From: Podarcis vaucheri
Lineage: Eukaryota
Direction: 5' to 3' (one strand)
DNA: 64,000 nt
Assembly: GCA_965113315.1 (NCBI GenBank)
Contig: OZ220364.1
In this document: positions 50,756 through 62,382 of the stretch, piece after piece
Position numbering within the stretch: the first letter of the stretch is position 1
How the letters are laid out: every line of letters begins with the position of its first letter
Notes under the pieces: model-generated
What the model saw: only the letters and a program-made list of their open reading frames with translations
Told to the model about the DNA's origin: nothing
The model's database searches: none
Translations under genes and position numbers: made by a program

Positions 50756-51766
50756 ATGAGCAACCCAGTCGGAACCGGAGACGCAGGGGTTGGAGCTGGT
50801 CCAAGCTTGGAAGAAAGGTATCAAGCTCTGGAGGTCCAACTTGCGCTGCAGACGGCGAGGCTCGAGGAGAGAAGGGCTCAGGATGCTGACAAAAAGGGGA
50901 GAACCACTCAGTTCCCCAGAAAGGTACCAGGACTGGTGCAGAAGTTTGGGGGGGACCCCAAGGATTACCATGCCTTTAGGACTGAGATGCAATATGCTCT
51001 GAATGTGCAGTTTGATGAGTTCCCTGATGAGGAATCGCGAGTTGCGTTCGTAATTGGGCATCTTGAGAAGGGGGCGCGGGACTGGGTTCGACCCCTGATG
51101 GCAACGCACAACGATATCCTAAAGGACACTATGAAATTCTTTCGTGCAATGGATATCATGTTTTCCAGCGATATTGAGGAAGGGGTGGTACGCAGACAGC
51201 TAATGGCTTGCAAGCAGGGAAGCAGATCTGTCCGTGAGTACTGGACTGAATTTACCATGCTGATTCACAGATTGGGGTGGGATTTATCGGCGGCACCCAT
51301 TCAGATGCTATTTGAAGAAGGTCTTTCTTCAGCTGTGAAAGACGAGCTGGCCAGGAGCCCCAGGGCGGGGTCTATGGATCAGCTGACCAAATCTGCGCTG
51401 ACCATTGGAGCGCGCCAGGAGGCAAGAGCCTTGGAGAGGCGGGAAGGGAGAGGGGAACGTTGGAAGGAGTTACGCATTCCAGACATTCCTGAGCCAGCTT
51501 TCCCGCCGGCAGAGCCGATGGAAATCGGAACAGCCCGCGCGCGCGCAGTTTCAAAGCCCAGTGAGGGGGCGAAGAAGGAGGGAAAGGGAGCCCGGAAATG
51601 CTATCTCTGCCAACAGCCAGGCCACTTTGCCAGAGTCTGCCCCCAGAGGAAGGAATGGCAAGGGATGGTGGGAGCTGTTGAGGGGGAAGAGCAGGGAGAA
51701 ACGGAGCAGGTAAAAGCCAACGCCTGGTTGCCAGCAGGGCACTGCAGCCAGGCCAAAGAGCAGTGA
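50756..51766 (+). CDS. Retrotransposon Gag (capsid-like domain plus CCHC zinc knuckle), 336 aa
   Basis: ATG 45 nt after the 5' LTR; PEG10/sushi-like KFGGDP..RVAFVIGHL.KGARDW and KQGSRSVREY segments; CYLCQQPGHFARVC knuckle. Confidence 0.95.
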   Translation: MSNPVGTGDAGVGAGPSLEERYQALEVQLALQTARLEERRAQDADKKGRTTQFPRKVPGLVQKFGGDPKDYHAFRTEMQYALNVQFDEFPDEESRVAFVIGHLEKGARDWVRPLMATHNDILKDTMKFFRAMDIMFSSDIEEGVVRRQLMACKQGSRSVREYWTEFTMLIHRLGWDLSAAPIQMLFEEGLSSAVKDELARSPRAGSMDQLTKSALTIGARQEARALERREGRGERWKELRIPDIPEPAFPPAEPMEIGTARARAVSKPSEGAKKEGKGARKCYLCQQPGHFARVCPQRKEWQGMVGAVEGEEQGETEQVKANAWLPAGHCSQAKEQ

Positions 51767-51774
51767 AAGTGCCC
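51709..51774 (+). promoter_or_regulatory. Putative -1 ribosomal frameshift signal (G_GUA_AAA plus H-type pseudoknot)
   Basis: Heptamer in the gag frame, 6-nt spacer, stem 1 at 51722-51731/51744-51753, stem 2 at 51737-51743/51768-51774. Confidence 0.72.
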
Positions 51775-54700
51775 CTTCCCCAAGTGCCAGTGCCAGAAGC
51801 TCCTCGACCTGCTCTAGTGATTGAAGTGTCTCTAGAGCTGCAAAATGGACACCCCCTAAAAATAAAGGCGCTGTTGGACTCAGGCAGCTCCTGCAATTTC
51901 ATGAGCAAGGAGTTTGCTGCTGAGCACCAGATACAGACTATCCCTTTAAGCAACCCCCTGCAGGTGACCACGATTGATGGCAGGGAACTGTTGGGAGGAG
52001 GCGTCAGCTTGCAGACCGTCCCAATGATAATGAGGGTGGCAAGGCACACAGAACTGATAGCGTTTAATGTGGCCACCTTGGGAGGCGCTCCCATTATTTT
52101 GGGAATGAGCTGGCTAGCCCTACATGATCCGCTGGTGGGCTGGCATCAAAGAGTGGTTTCCTTCGGTTCCGCACACTGCTTAGAACACTGCAGGGCGGAA
52201 AAGGGGTCAGCAGGGGCCCAAGCCACCCTAGCAGGGACGGAAGTGATGGAGAAGGGGAAGGTGCCACCACAGTATGCTGATCTCAGCGACGTGTTCAGCG
52301 AGAAGGAAGCGGACCAACTACCCCCGCATAGGCCCTTTGATTGCCAGATCAATTTACTCCCTGGAGCACAGCTTCCTGTAGGCAAGTTGTATGCCATGTC
52401 AGACAGGGAGATGCAGGAGTTGCGAGCGTTCATTGACAAGAACCTGAAGAGAGGCTTCATCAGAGAGTCCAAGGCAGCGGGGGGTAGCCCAGTGTTTTTT
52501 GTGGATAAAAAAAACACGGACAAGCCGAGGCTGGTATGTGACTTTCGGGCCCTAAATGCAGTGACAGAGCCGGCGGCTTTTCCTATGCCCAGGATTGATG
52601 ATATTTTGACCAGGGTGCGAAAAGGAAAGATTTTTACAAAGCTGGACCTAAGGGGGGCGTACAACCTGATACGTATAAGGAAAGGGGATGAATGGAAGAC
52701 CACCATGTTCACCCCTTTGGGGGCATTTGAATACCTCGTTATGCCTTTTGGATTACAAACAGGCTCCGCGTGTTTTCAAGCCTTTATGAACCATGTACTG
52801 GGGCCTTTGCTCTACAAGAATTGCGTGGCCTTCTTAGATGACGTGTTGGTGTATTCGGAGAATGAGGAGCAACATGTGAGAGACGTCAGAGAAGTGTTGA
52901 GCAGGCTGCAAGCCAACAGACTGTGGGTGAAACTGGAGAAGTGTCAGTTTCATACCAAGGAGGTGGAATTCCTGGGGTACCGCTTGTCAGACAAGGGGTT
53001 GGCCATGGACCCCGGCAAGGTTCAAGCGGTGCTGGAATGGAAAACACCCAAGACCAAGAAGGATGTGCAGAGGTTCCTAGGGTTTGGAAACTTTTATCGT
53101 AAGTTCATCCGAAACTTCGCCCACCTGACGGCGCCCATCACGGACTGTCTCAGCAGCAAAAAGAAGTTTGTTTGGACGGGGGAGGCGGAGCGAGCGTTTG
53201 AGGAACTGAAAAGGGCCTTCGCCTCTGACGAACAACTTCTACATGTGGATTTACAAAAAAAGCTGAGGGTCGAAACAGACGCTTCTGACAGAGCCATAGG
53301 GGCGGTGCTTCTTCTGCAGCCGGGGAAGGAGGGGTCAGAGTGGCGACCGTGTGCCTTCTTTTCGCGAAAGCTGAACAAATCTGAGAGAAACTACACGGTG
53401 CACGACCGGGAACTTCTTGCGATTTATGAGGCCTTCCGGAGATGGAGGCACCTACTAATTGGTGCACAACAGAAGGTGCAAGTGTGCACGGACCATAAGA
53501 ATCTAGAGTATTGGAGAACTGCGCGAGTGCTCAACCAAAGGCAGTTGAGATGGGCCCAGGAGTTCTCCAAATTTAACTTTGAGATTTGTTACGTACCAGG
53601 CCCGGAGAACGTTAGGGCGGACGCTCTCTCACGCAAACCTGAATATTTGGAGGGAGAGGGTGCACCCGAAGAGACCCATGTTATTCCCGAGGACCGCTGG
53701 GTGTGTGGGGCGGCTTTGGTGGGGCAAAGGGAACTGGTAGAGGGAACGGTGCAGGATGAATACGCCCAGGACAAACTCAGGGGTCTCAGGAGGGAGGGAG
53801 ACAAACCCGGGGGTTTTGAGGAGAGAAACGGGGCGTTGTACTACAAGGGAGTGTTATACATACCTGAAGGGGAATTGAGGGAAAAGGTACTCAAGCAACT
53901 GCACGATAGCCCCACAGCAGGGCATTTTGGGCAACACAAAACCATGTGGCTGGTTACCAGGGAATTCTGGTGGCCCAAGGTCAGGGAAGATGTGCGTGAA
54001 TATGTGAGAGGGTGTGACCGATGTCAACGAGCCAAGGGGGAGAGGCGGGCACCGGCAGGTTTATTAGAACCACTACCCACGCCGGAAAGACCATGGGAGG
54101 CAGTGGCAATAGATTTCATGACTGATCTGCCCAGGTCCAAAGGGAAGACAGCCATTATGGTTGTGGTAGACCTGTTAACCAAGATGGCCCACTTTATAGC
54201 CTGCTCACATGCGGTCACAGCAGAAGAAACCGCTAAATTGTTTGTGGAAAATGTGTTTAGGTTGCATGGTGCCCCCTTGAGGGTGGTTTCGGACCGAGGG
54301 AAACAATTTACTTCCAGGTTCTGGAGGAAGCTCATGAGCTTATTGCATGTAGAGGTGAATTTTTCCACTGCCCGTCATCCAGAAACCAATGGGCAGGCGG
54401 AAAGAACTAATGGTGTCCTCCAGCAATATTTGAGGTGTTATGTGAATGACAGAGAGAATGATTGGGTGGAGAAGCTGGCGTTGGCAGAATTTGCCTATAA
54501 CAATGCAGAGAACGTGTCCACGGGGATGAGCCCTTTTTTGGCCAATCACGGGTGTCATCCCCGAGCCTTCCCAGGGGGGGAGGGGGAGAACTGGAGCGTT
54601 CCTGCCGCAGAACAGTTCGTTGAAGAAATGGAAGCGATCCATCGCCAGCTCCAACTTAATTTAAACAGGGCGAAGGAGGAATATAAGAGGCAGGCAGACA

Positions 54701-55725
54701 AAACCAGAAGGGAAGGGGAAAGCATTAGGGTGGGGGACCAGGTGTGGCTGTCCACCCAAGGGTTACCATTTAAAGGAGGTTGTAAGAAGTTAAGACCCAA
54801 AAGACTGGGCCCATTTGAAGTCACGCAACAGGTCAACCCAGTGGCTTTCAGACTCCGGTTACCGAACCACATGAAGTTGCACCCAGTGTTCCACAGATCA
54901 TTGCTGTCACCGTATATAGGGGACAGAGAGGGGAGGGTCAATAGGGGACCAGCTATGGAGGAAAAAGAACACAGCTACCATGTAGCGGAGATTCTCGATT
55001 CCAGGTGGAGGGGAGAGCAAGTAGAGTATTTGGTAATGTGGGAAGGGGAGCCGGAGTCGGAAAACACCTGGGTCAGGGCAGAGGATGTAGATGACGAGGT
55101 TTTGATTGAAACTTTTCATCAGAGATTCCCTAGAAAACCCCAGCCAGTGGCAAGGTTCCGGAGGGAATACTTCGCCACCACCGACGACGAAGAAGAGTTG
55201 GAGGGGTTCGCTGATTCCGAGGTGGAGGAGGATTCAGCGAGTCGGAACGAAGACCGATGGAGGGAATTGTTCGAGACGTCTGAAGATGAAGAGGATTCTT
55301 TTAGGGGTTTCAGCTCCTCACCGCCCAGAGGAGAAAGTAGGGGCGGGGGAGAGGGGGGCCCTGGAGGGGAGGTGGATGTCAGGGAACTGACATCGGAGGA
55401 AAGGGAAGTGGTAAGGCTCCCAGAGACTGGGAGAGAGTCAACAGCCAAAGCAGGGACCAGCAGGGGGAGCGCGGGGTCTCTGGAGGAGGATCTCAGTAAT
55501 GCTGAGAGAGACGCAGCAGCCCAGGCAGGAAGCAGCAGGGGAGAGAAAGGGGTGAGAGACACTTCGAGCGAAAATAGCGGGGAGGTGTCAGAAGCAACTG
55601 CCGGGAGACCCATGCTTCGCCGGAAGCTGCCACGTCGTGAGTCCAGGAGACGCGTTTCCGTTAAGGAACTTCTTTGCTGGAAGCGCTTCCGCAGACAGCC
55701 ACTGTCAGACTCTACTAGTGACTAG
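51763..55725 (+). CDS. Retrotransposon Pol (protease, RT, RNase H, integrase, chromodomain, acidic/basic tail); frame open from 51682, probably entered by -1 frameshift
   Basis: LLDSGS protease; MPFGL and FLDD (RT); ETDAS (RNase H); H..H..CDRC and D-D-E integrase; GPF motif; chromodomain YHVAEILDSRWRGEQVEYLVMWEG..ENTW. Confidence 0.96.
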   Translation: MKVPLPQVPVPEAPRPALVIEVSLELQNGHPLKIKALLDSGSSCNFMSKEFAAEHQIQTIPLSNPLQVTTIDGRELLGGGVSLQTVPMIMRVARHTELIAFNVATLGGAPIILGMSWLALHDPLVGWHQRVVSFGSAHCLEHCRAEKGSAGAQATLAGTEVMEKGKVPPQYADLSDVFSEKEADQLPPHRPFDCQINLLPGAQLPVGKLYAMSDREMQELRAFIDKNLKRGFIRESKAAGGSPVFFVDKKNTDKPRLVCDFRALNAVTEPAAFPMPRIDDILTRVRKGKIFTKLDLRGAYNLIRIRKGDEWKTTMFTPLGAFEYLVMPFGLQTGSACFQAFMNHVLGPLLYKNCVAFLDDVLVYSENEEQHVRDVREVLSRLQANRLWVKLEKCQFHTKEVEFLGYRLSDKGLAMDPGKVQAVLEWKTPKTKKDVQRFLGFGNFYRKFIRNFAHLTAPITDCLSSKKKFVWTGEAERAFEELKRAFASDEQLLHVDLQKKLRVETDASDRAIGAVLLLQPGKEGSEWRPCAFFSRKLNKSERNYTVHDRELLAIYEAFRRWRHLLIGAQQKVQVCTDHKNLEYWRTARVLNQRQLRWAQEFSKFNFEICYVPGPENVRADALSRKPEYLEGEGAPEETHVIPEDRWVCGAALVGQRELVEGTVQDEYAQDKLRGLRREGDKPGGFEERNGALYYKGVLYIPEGELREKVLKQLHDSPTAGHFGQHKTMWLVTREFWWPKVREDVREYVRGCDRCQRAKGERRAPAGLLEPLPTPERPWEAVAIDFMTDLPRSKGKTAIMVVVDLLTKMAHFIACSHAVTAEETAKLFVENVFRLHGAPLRVVSDRGKQFTSRFWRKLMSLLHVEVNFSTARHPETNGQAERTNGVLQQYLRCYVNDRENDWVEKLALAEFAYNNAENVSTGMSPFLANHGCHPRAFPGGEGENWSVPAAEQFVEEMEAIHRQLQLNLNRAKEEYKRQADKTRREGESIRVGDQVWLSTQGLPFKGGCKKLRPKRLGPFEVTQQVNPVAFRLRLPNHMKLHPVFHRSLLSPYIGDREGRVNRGPAMEEKEHSYHVAEILDSRWRGEQVEYLVMWEGEPESENTWVRAEDVDDEVLIETFHQRFPRKPQPVARFRREYFATTDDEEELEGFADSEVEEDSASRNEDRWRELFETSEDEEDSFRGFSSSPPRGESRGGGEGGPGGEVDVRELTSEEREVVRLPETGRESTAKAGTSRGSAGSLEEDLSNAERDAAAQAGSSRGEKGVRDTSSENSGEVSEATAGRPMLRRKLPRRESRRRVSVKELLCWKRFRRQPLSDSTSD
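55363..55376 (+). other. Polypurine tract
   Basis: GGAGGGGAGGTGGA immediately before the 3' LTR. Confidence 0.75.
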
Positions 55726-55829
55726 AGCAGACATGTCTGAGGAGCTCTGTCACACACAGAGGTTTGTGGGGTCGCACAAACTCTGAAGGGGCACAATTTT
55801 AAGCACAAGCAGCTAACCATCCCCTGACA
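55377..55829 (+). repeat. 3' LTR (453 bp)
   Basis: Direct repeat of 50258-50710, followed by TSD CCTAG. Confidence 0.97.
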
Positions 55830-58800
55830 CCTAGCTCAAGCAAAGGTTTCTGCAAAATTGTGCCATCGGGCACTACTGACATCTATACCATGCTCAGTGT
55901 AAGGAAGAAACTCTATCTGATGTATAAGAATTTTGCCAACGTTATGACTCCAATTTGTTTCAGTGACATGTGACATGTGATTTTATTGTTCATATTTGAA
56001 TGCTGCTCTTCCTCCAAGACATTCAGGCCAGCATACATGGCACTATCATCTCTTGCAATCTTCAAGTCAACCTTGTGAGGAATGTTAAAACTGAGTAACA
56101 CTCTCATGGCTGAGCGGAGATTTGAATCCAGAGTTCCTCAGTTCACCAGCTAGACTCCATTAGCTGAATTGGACAGACTTGAACACCAAGATTTCCTGCT
56201 TCTCCACAAATGCTTTTTATCTAGCAAAGTACAGCACCGACTGGGAAATTTTTGATCCCAATTTTGCTGGCATCAGTACGTTTACAGTGTTCACTGAATT
56301 CAGCGAGTAGGGTCAGCACTCAGTCCTGCCTTTCTGAGCCAACAAACCCATTCCAGGCAAGCCACCATGGAGCTGGTAGATGATAAAAGCCTTTGTCCTC
56401 ATAATGACCAAGACTAGCATTCAAAACAACCACCAGATAAATGAAAATTCATGAAGCCCTTTTATGTGAAGACCTGCTGATCTTTGGGAGCTTCCTAACA
56501 ATGGGGAGAGCAAATATATTTGTTTTGCATTTAGCTCTCAACTCACAAGATCAACTGAGCATTTGAGAAGCCGTAATGAGAGAATAACATCCAAGGCACT
56601 GCTTTGAAGTTTTCCAAATAGTCTCTCTAGGACTTAACAATCAATTTTCACAAGAAGTTACAGAAACGAAAGAGACAGCATCTCCCCCTCTCCACCCCCT
56701 TCGTTCTGTCTTTATTAACTGGATAATCTCAGATTATAGGGCTTGTTTCCCGCAGGAATGGGACTTTATGTCTTCTCTGCGTTTTCCAATTTAATTTAGG
56801 ACACAGTCTCCACTAACAGTAAATGGTGGGTCCTCCCGCACCTTCTGTACTAGGTGAAAGAAAGGGCAAATGGACCTCAGGTTACGAAGCAAAGGCTGTA
56901 GGGAAGGGTCAGTCTTGGGGCAAGGAAGAGGCCTGGAGACTGGCAGAAAGAGAAAATCGCAATGGAAGAAGGTTGCAAGCTGACCTCCGCCCAACCTGTC
57001 CAGGGCAGGGCAAGCTTCTACCAAGCCACATGGAAAAATGAGCGGATAGGGACTTTTCACGTTATGGAGACACACATCATTGCCAACTAACATCTGCATA
57101 AAAAGCAGCTGCTAAAAGCACTTCAGTGACTATTTGAAAAGGTGGCTACTGGAGGGGTGTGTGGGGAAGCTGGTGGATCCGGAGACTTTTTCTAATCTGC
57201 TACCTTTTCACACACTTCCCTTACTGCATTGTGCATGCAACACACATTTTAGCACTGTTATTTTCTGAAGGAAGTGCGGTTTAGAATCTGCGCAGCCCTT
57301 AAAAATAATTGCCTTTAACCCATCTTGGATTGAGATGGAATTGTTATCATATTGTTTCAATTTACAGTCTAACACAATGTGCTCATGATGAAACTCTCAT
57401 ATAAACCCCAAGGGATTTGCAGGAGATGCATGCTGACAGATCTGTATCTTGTAGCTTTGTTCCGAACCCTTTGTTGCTCTCCCTTGCTCCATTTGTCCAC
57501 AATCCCCTAGTACAAATTGGGTTACTCACCTATTTCCTATTGGGGACCTCTCACCCAGGAACAATACCACCATGGCCCATTTTGGCTATGAGAAACTGTT
57601 CAGTAATTTGCCTGGCTTAATGGTTAATCCAGCCCCCAGTTAGATTCCGATTTCCATCAATATATCTGATTGTCCAGGCCCCCAGCAAATGTATGTTTTC
57701 ATCAAATGCTGTGTTTTTCTTCAAATCTTTCTCAGGGAGTAGAGGTAGACATATTTATTTTTAGAAAAACTTTGAATATGCATTTGCAATTCATACACGA
57801 ACTTCTGCAAAACACTCAGATTCCTCAGTTGTCTTTGATATGTCACTAGGGAAGAGATCCCAGCTCTGCAATCACAAGGTGCAGCTGACGCTAGCACTTG
57901 GGATGTCTTTTGATAATCTCTACAGACGTGACACCTCCCCACTGCCAACAGAATTGGGTATAAATAAACTCCTGCAATCCAATGCCTCTTTGGGCTGCCT
58001 ACATGGCATGCTGAGTTCAGCAGCAAGATTCAGATGGTGCCCTGGCAATGCCATGTTGTTCAAGTCCAGCTCAAGGGTCACCTGGGAGACAAGCAATAGG
58101 GCAGCATACTCCTCAGTGCATGTATGAATCCATCCCAAATCTTCCAAACAACTGTCTGACTGATTGACTCTGGAGGAAAGATTAATGTTTCGGTTATGAG
58201 TGGATAAGTGACATAAATCATCACAGGAAACAGCCACCTAAATCTGTTGATATCACAATAGCTCTCTTGAGAACCAGAACCCACTTTAACCATGTCCTGT
58301 GATACACAACCCACTTTTCTATATTGTTGTTGTTCCTACTGCTACTACTGTATACATCTGTATACAGTAGTATACCTCTTTCCTCTTAATATAATTTGAA
58401 CATCGGGGGGGGGGGGGTAAAGTTAAATGGTGTTGGCACCACTGATGGGACCACTTGAGGTAAAGGCAAGGCCTACTTGAGAGTCCTCTTCCCCTATGGG
58501 CTGAACTACATGCTAGTTGGGGATGATAAGAGCAGAATGCTAGCAATGCCTTGAGGTCCTCAGTTTCTGCATCTTAGACCTTCAGAGTTAAATAAAGGGA
58601 TTCTCTCCAAGCTAATAGTGAGTGCCATTCAGCTGGGGCAGCATAGCCAAGAACTGGACTGGTTAGTTCTGTCAATGAGGTATGTTTCAGTTGCTGGAAG
58701 GATATCTAAATACCAGTTTCCTTCCTCCATTGCTTTGGAAACAAGAAGAAATACACATCTTTGGCTGCATGCCTTGGAAGAAGAAGAACTGAAGCACTTA

Positions 58801-59371
58801 ACAGAAGGCAGAACATCTGATGATATTTCCGAGTCTTCTTTCCACCCACAGTGGTGGGCAGGTGGATGGTACAGGGCTCTTCTTTGATAGGCCCAGCACT
58901 TACGAGTGGGTAATGGATCTTGGCTGTTGCAGTGTTCTCCTTTTCTGCATTTCCTTTTTGTGCTTGTGAAAGAAGTGAACTTTGTTCTAATTTTACCCAG
59001 GAGATTGTAAGGGAAGCAGCCATTGGACCTTGGAAGGCAGCCAGCAAAATGGCTGGGAATTCTGAACCATCTTTCATTCCAGACACCTCATTCAAGTGCG
59101 GTGGAGCAGAGCAAAACATAAAAACTAGCCCAGGAGCTCTGTGGAATAAGCCCATTCCCTGCCCGCTTTTAATCTACCAGGGGAGCCTAACTGGTCCAAC
59201 AGTGAGCCCTCACGTTACTTTGATTTAGAAATAGGATTAATATTATTAATTGCTCACCCTTTACTCTAATGTCCCAATTAAAACACAATGTTTAAAAACA
59301 ATTCAAAACAACTTAGAATCACAAAAATAAGGTAGGCCCTAAGAATATACATTTCAGGAAACCCAGAAAAT

Positions 59372-59560
59372 GGGGAAGCGCCATGGGTAAGTAGCAGAGC
59401 CATCGCTTTCCCTGTTTGAGTCCCCTTATCTCCATTTAAAAGGATCTCAAGTAGATGTGCTAGAAAAACCTCTCAATCTTTGGAGAGTTCCTGCCAGTAA
59501 CAGTAAACAATCCTGGTCTAGATGGACCAATGATCTAACTTGTCGGGAGCTTCATGTTTT
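59372..59560 (+). mobile_element. Degenerate Squam3-like SINE copy
   Basis: tggagagttcctgccagt..tagatggaccaatgatctaact similarity to the other copies. Confidence 0.5.
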
Positions 59561-62382
59561 CATCCTTACAGGGACAGCAAATGGAAAAGTGTGCCCCGGC
59601 AGGCTGCCCTGGAGCTCTGCCAAGAAGATAGGCTCTGAGCTTCTAAGAGAGGAGTGGGATTTCACATACTATTATGGGGATACATGGTGCTTCTGAAAGA
59701 TGTTGTTTTGAAAGCAGAAAGGTTGGATTTGCCCTTGTCAGATGCATGATGGAAGCATTTTGGGTCTCAAACTGTGATTTGTTAATTAGGTCACACAGAC
59801 ACCTAGATTTGCAGAACAGTCAGGCAATCCATCTTGGAGGCGCCTATTTCCACATCGCCCCCGAGTCTTCTTTTAAAAATGTGAATTTCCTGTAAATGTA
59901 CAAACCGGCAAAGAGACATTGCAATCCTTGATGAAAACAAAACCAAGAGAGAGCAGCCAACAGATAGATTTTTGTGTGGTGCAAATCCACAGTCAACAGA
60001 CAGACAATGACTGGCTGGATGCAGCACTGAAACCACTATTTTATTCTATTATTATTTTTAAAGTATTGACACAAGTTCCCTGTCATGGGAAATCCGTAAT
60101 CTAAACATAAAGTGCAGAATGAACCGTCAGGCTGTTGGGAAGGCCTCCTTCTTGGGAGCTTTTTCTTTTTTGATGTCTTCATTACAAACCGATGGGTGAC
60201 ACCTTATTAACAGATGTAGGATGGCAATTAGGAGCCCTGGGATAAGATCTGAAAAACAGGAGCTTGCTCAACACGACGAGTCTTGTATGTGCGACATAAA
60301 GAGCTGTGATGATACTTGCTCTAAATTGGTCACTCACAACTCGCGCAGAGTTACCTTCAAAGGATAACTAACACAGTGTGCTAAGGCACTGGCATCCAGG
60401 CCTCCACAATGATAGACGGACAGCTAGATAATTGCAGAAGTGGAATTTTAGCCTGTCATCCTCTCTCATCAGCTTGGGAGAGAAGACCAAATTCTGAGCC
60501 AGCACACAGCATTCAAGCACATGGGTGAAAGACATACAGTCATCTGGCACCAGCAATAGAACTGTCTCCTTGAACTCTGCTCTGGTTTGGTTAAGAGTCT
60601 TAAGAACAGTTAGAAGATTGCCATACATCCTAGACAACTGGTCTAAGAGACACAAGTCCGGGGGCTCAGATGGTATTGAGTGTCTTGATATTTAGGCAGC
60701 TGTTGAAGACTTTTTTTTTTAATTTAAGATGACTTTCCCTGAAGGGTGACCCAGTCATTTTATGGAAGATGAAGCGTACAAATGTGTAAATTGATTGGTT
60801 GCTTTTAATTTATCAAATTTATAAACCTTTGTATTTTGTCTTATTTTATACCGCTTCAGTATCTTTTGGTTGTGAAACAAGTTATACAGCTGCAAATAAA
60901 ATAAAACCATAATGCATCTGTTGTTGGGCTGTATTGTTGATGGGGTTCAAGTATTCAAATGCTTGCCATATAGATATAGATATATAATATCCCATAGCAT
61001 ACAAAAACAGGATAGGAAGAGTCTATCCTACTTTTTGCTCTGCTCTCTTGCAGGCTTGCTTTGTTTCTGTAGGAAAGCAATGGGTTGCTCCAAGGAGATC
61101 ATTCCATCTCCAACAGAATTTTTGCTTGCCAGATGGAACAGGTGGGCGGGAAGTACCACAGTGCTAGCGAGACTTTTTGCACTGGCTTCTACGAGCGCAA
61201 CAACTTTGTTGAATCCACTCTATTATCCTCTGGCCCTTTCAGAACATACATCTCAGGAACGCATGCACTGGGTAAATGGAAACGAGAAACTGAGAAGTTT
61301 TATTATCATTATTTATTTAATTTGATGTGCCACACGGAGAGCATCTCTAGGTGGCCTACAGTAAAGTTTTAAAACATACAGAATGGTTAAAAGCAGTCAT
61401 CAACATGGAATGAATCAATACACAAAACATAAAACAAACTCACTAAAAACTTATCAGCGATTGCTTTCTTTTCTGAATTAAGTTTGTGCTGGCGGATTTG
61501 TCTGTATGGCCATTCCAGACCTTTTTCTCAAGATCCAGCTCTACTACTCAAGATCCTGGGACAATCTACGTCTTTCCCTCCTTCTTTAAAGCAGACCTTA
61601 TTCAACCAGACGGCTGGTGCTGCCAAGAGGTCCAGAGGCTGAATGGAGACAGACTGAAGAAGCTAAATCATTGCAGCCTTCTCTGAACAACACCCCTGAG
61701 CCACGTGCTGAGATGACAGACCCCAAGTGGGATGCTTGCAGTTTCCTTCTCCATAAACTTCGACGTGAGGCACAGCCTGAGTTGGCAAGTCTGCTGAGGG
61801 GGGAAACAGAAGGTTCTGCCAACTGGTAGCAAAAGTGCCATTTCACAAAACCTGCAAGCAGTGCCTGTCGAAATCTAAAGGAGCCAGAGGAGTAGTGCTT
61901 GCTGAATGGGTTTGTTTTTCTACTGTAGTAGTAACTAGCTTTCTCTTTTGATGGGCTTCTATAATGTGTTTTCCCTTCCTGGCTTGCATTGGATGGGGCG
62001 GGAAAACTAAAGTGACATAAGCCCCACATCTCATTTCTCACAGATCTACTAGGGTAAAGTGTATCAGTAAAATGGTCCTGGTGAATATCCAAGGAGAAAC
62101 CCAGGCACGCTTCTATGAACGCCAATGAACTGACATCTATGGTTAAAAGAAAGCTTGAAACAGCAGGCTTTGGGAAATAACCCTGAAGGAGAAAGCATTG
62201 CTAGACAGGACTAGACTGGATGGGCCACTGGCCTGACTCCATATGCTGTGGTTTCTTATAGGAACTTCTTTCTCACTCTCACACTGCTGTGTTGGAGATG
62301 GAGGAGAGAATTTTTATCAGGATTGCAGCTGGGATGTGCAGCTGGGGTTAAATGTCCCCACGAGTGCAGACCAGTACATGGG

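Larger units (their letters stand above)
50258..55829 (+). mobile_element. Full-length Ty3/Gypsy chromovirus (Tf1/sushi-type) LTR retrotransposon
   Basis: Two 453-bp LTRs (TGTCAGGG...CCCTGACA); 5-bp TSD CCTAG at 50253-50257 and 55830-55834; uninterrupted gag and pol with PR-RT-RH-IN-chromodomain order. Confidence 0.98.

Noticed and set aside
55119-55613. Antisense ORFs across the retrotransposon (also 50156, 50603, 51372, 52146, 54555)
   Set aside because: Shadow frames of GC-rich coding sequence with no recognisable motifs; no env-like ORF was found.
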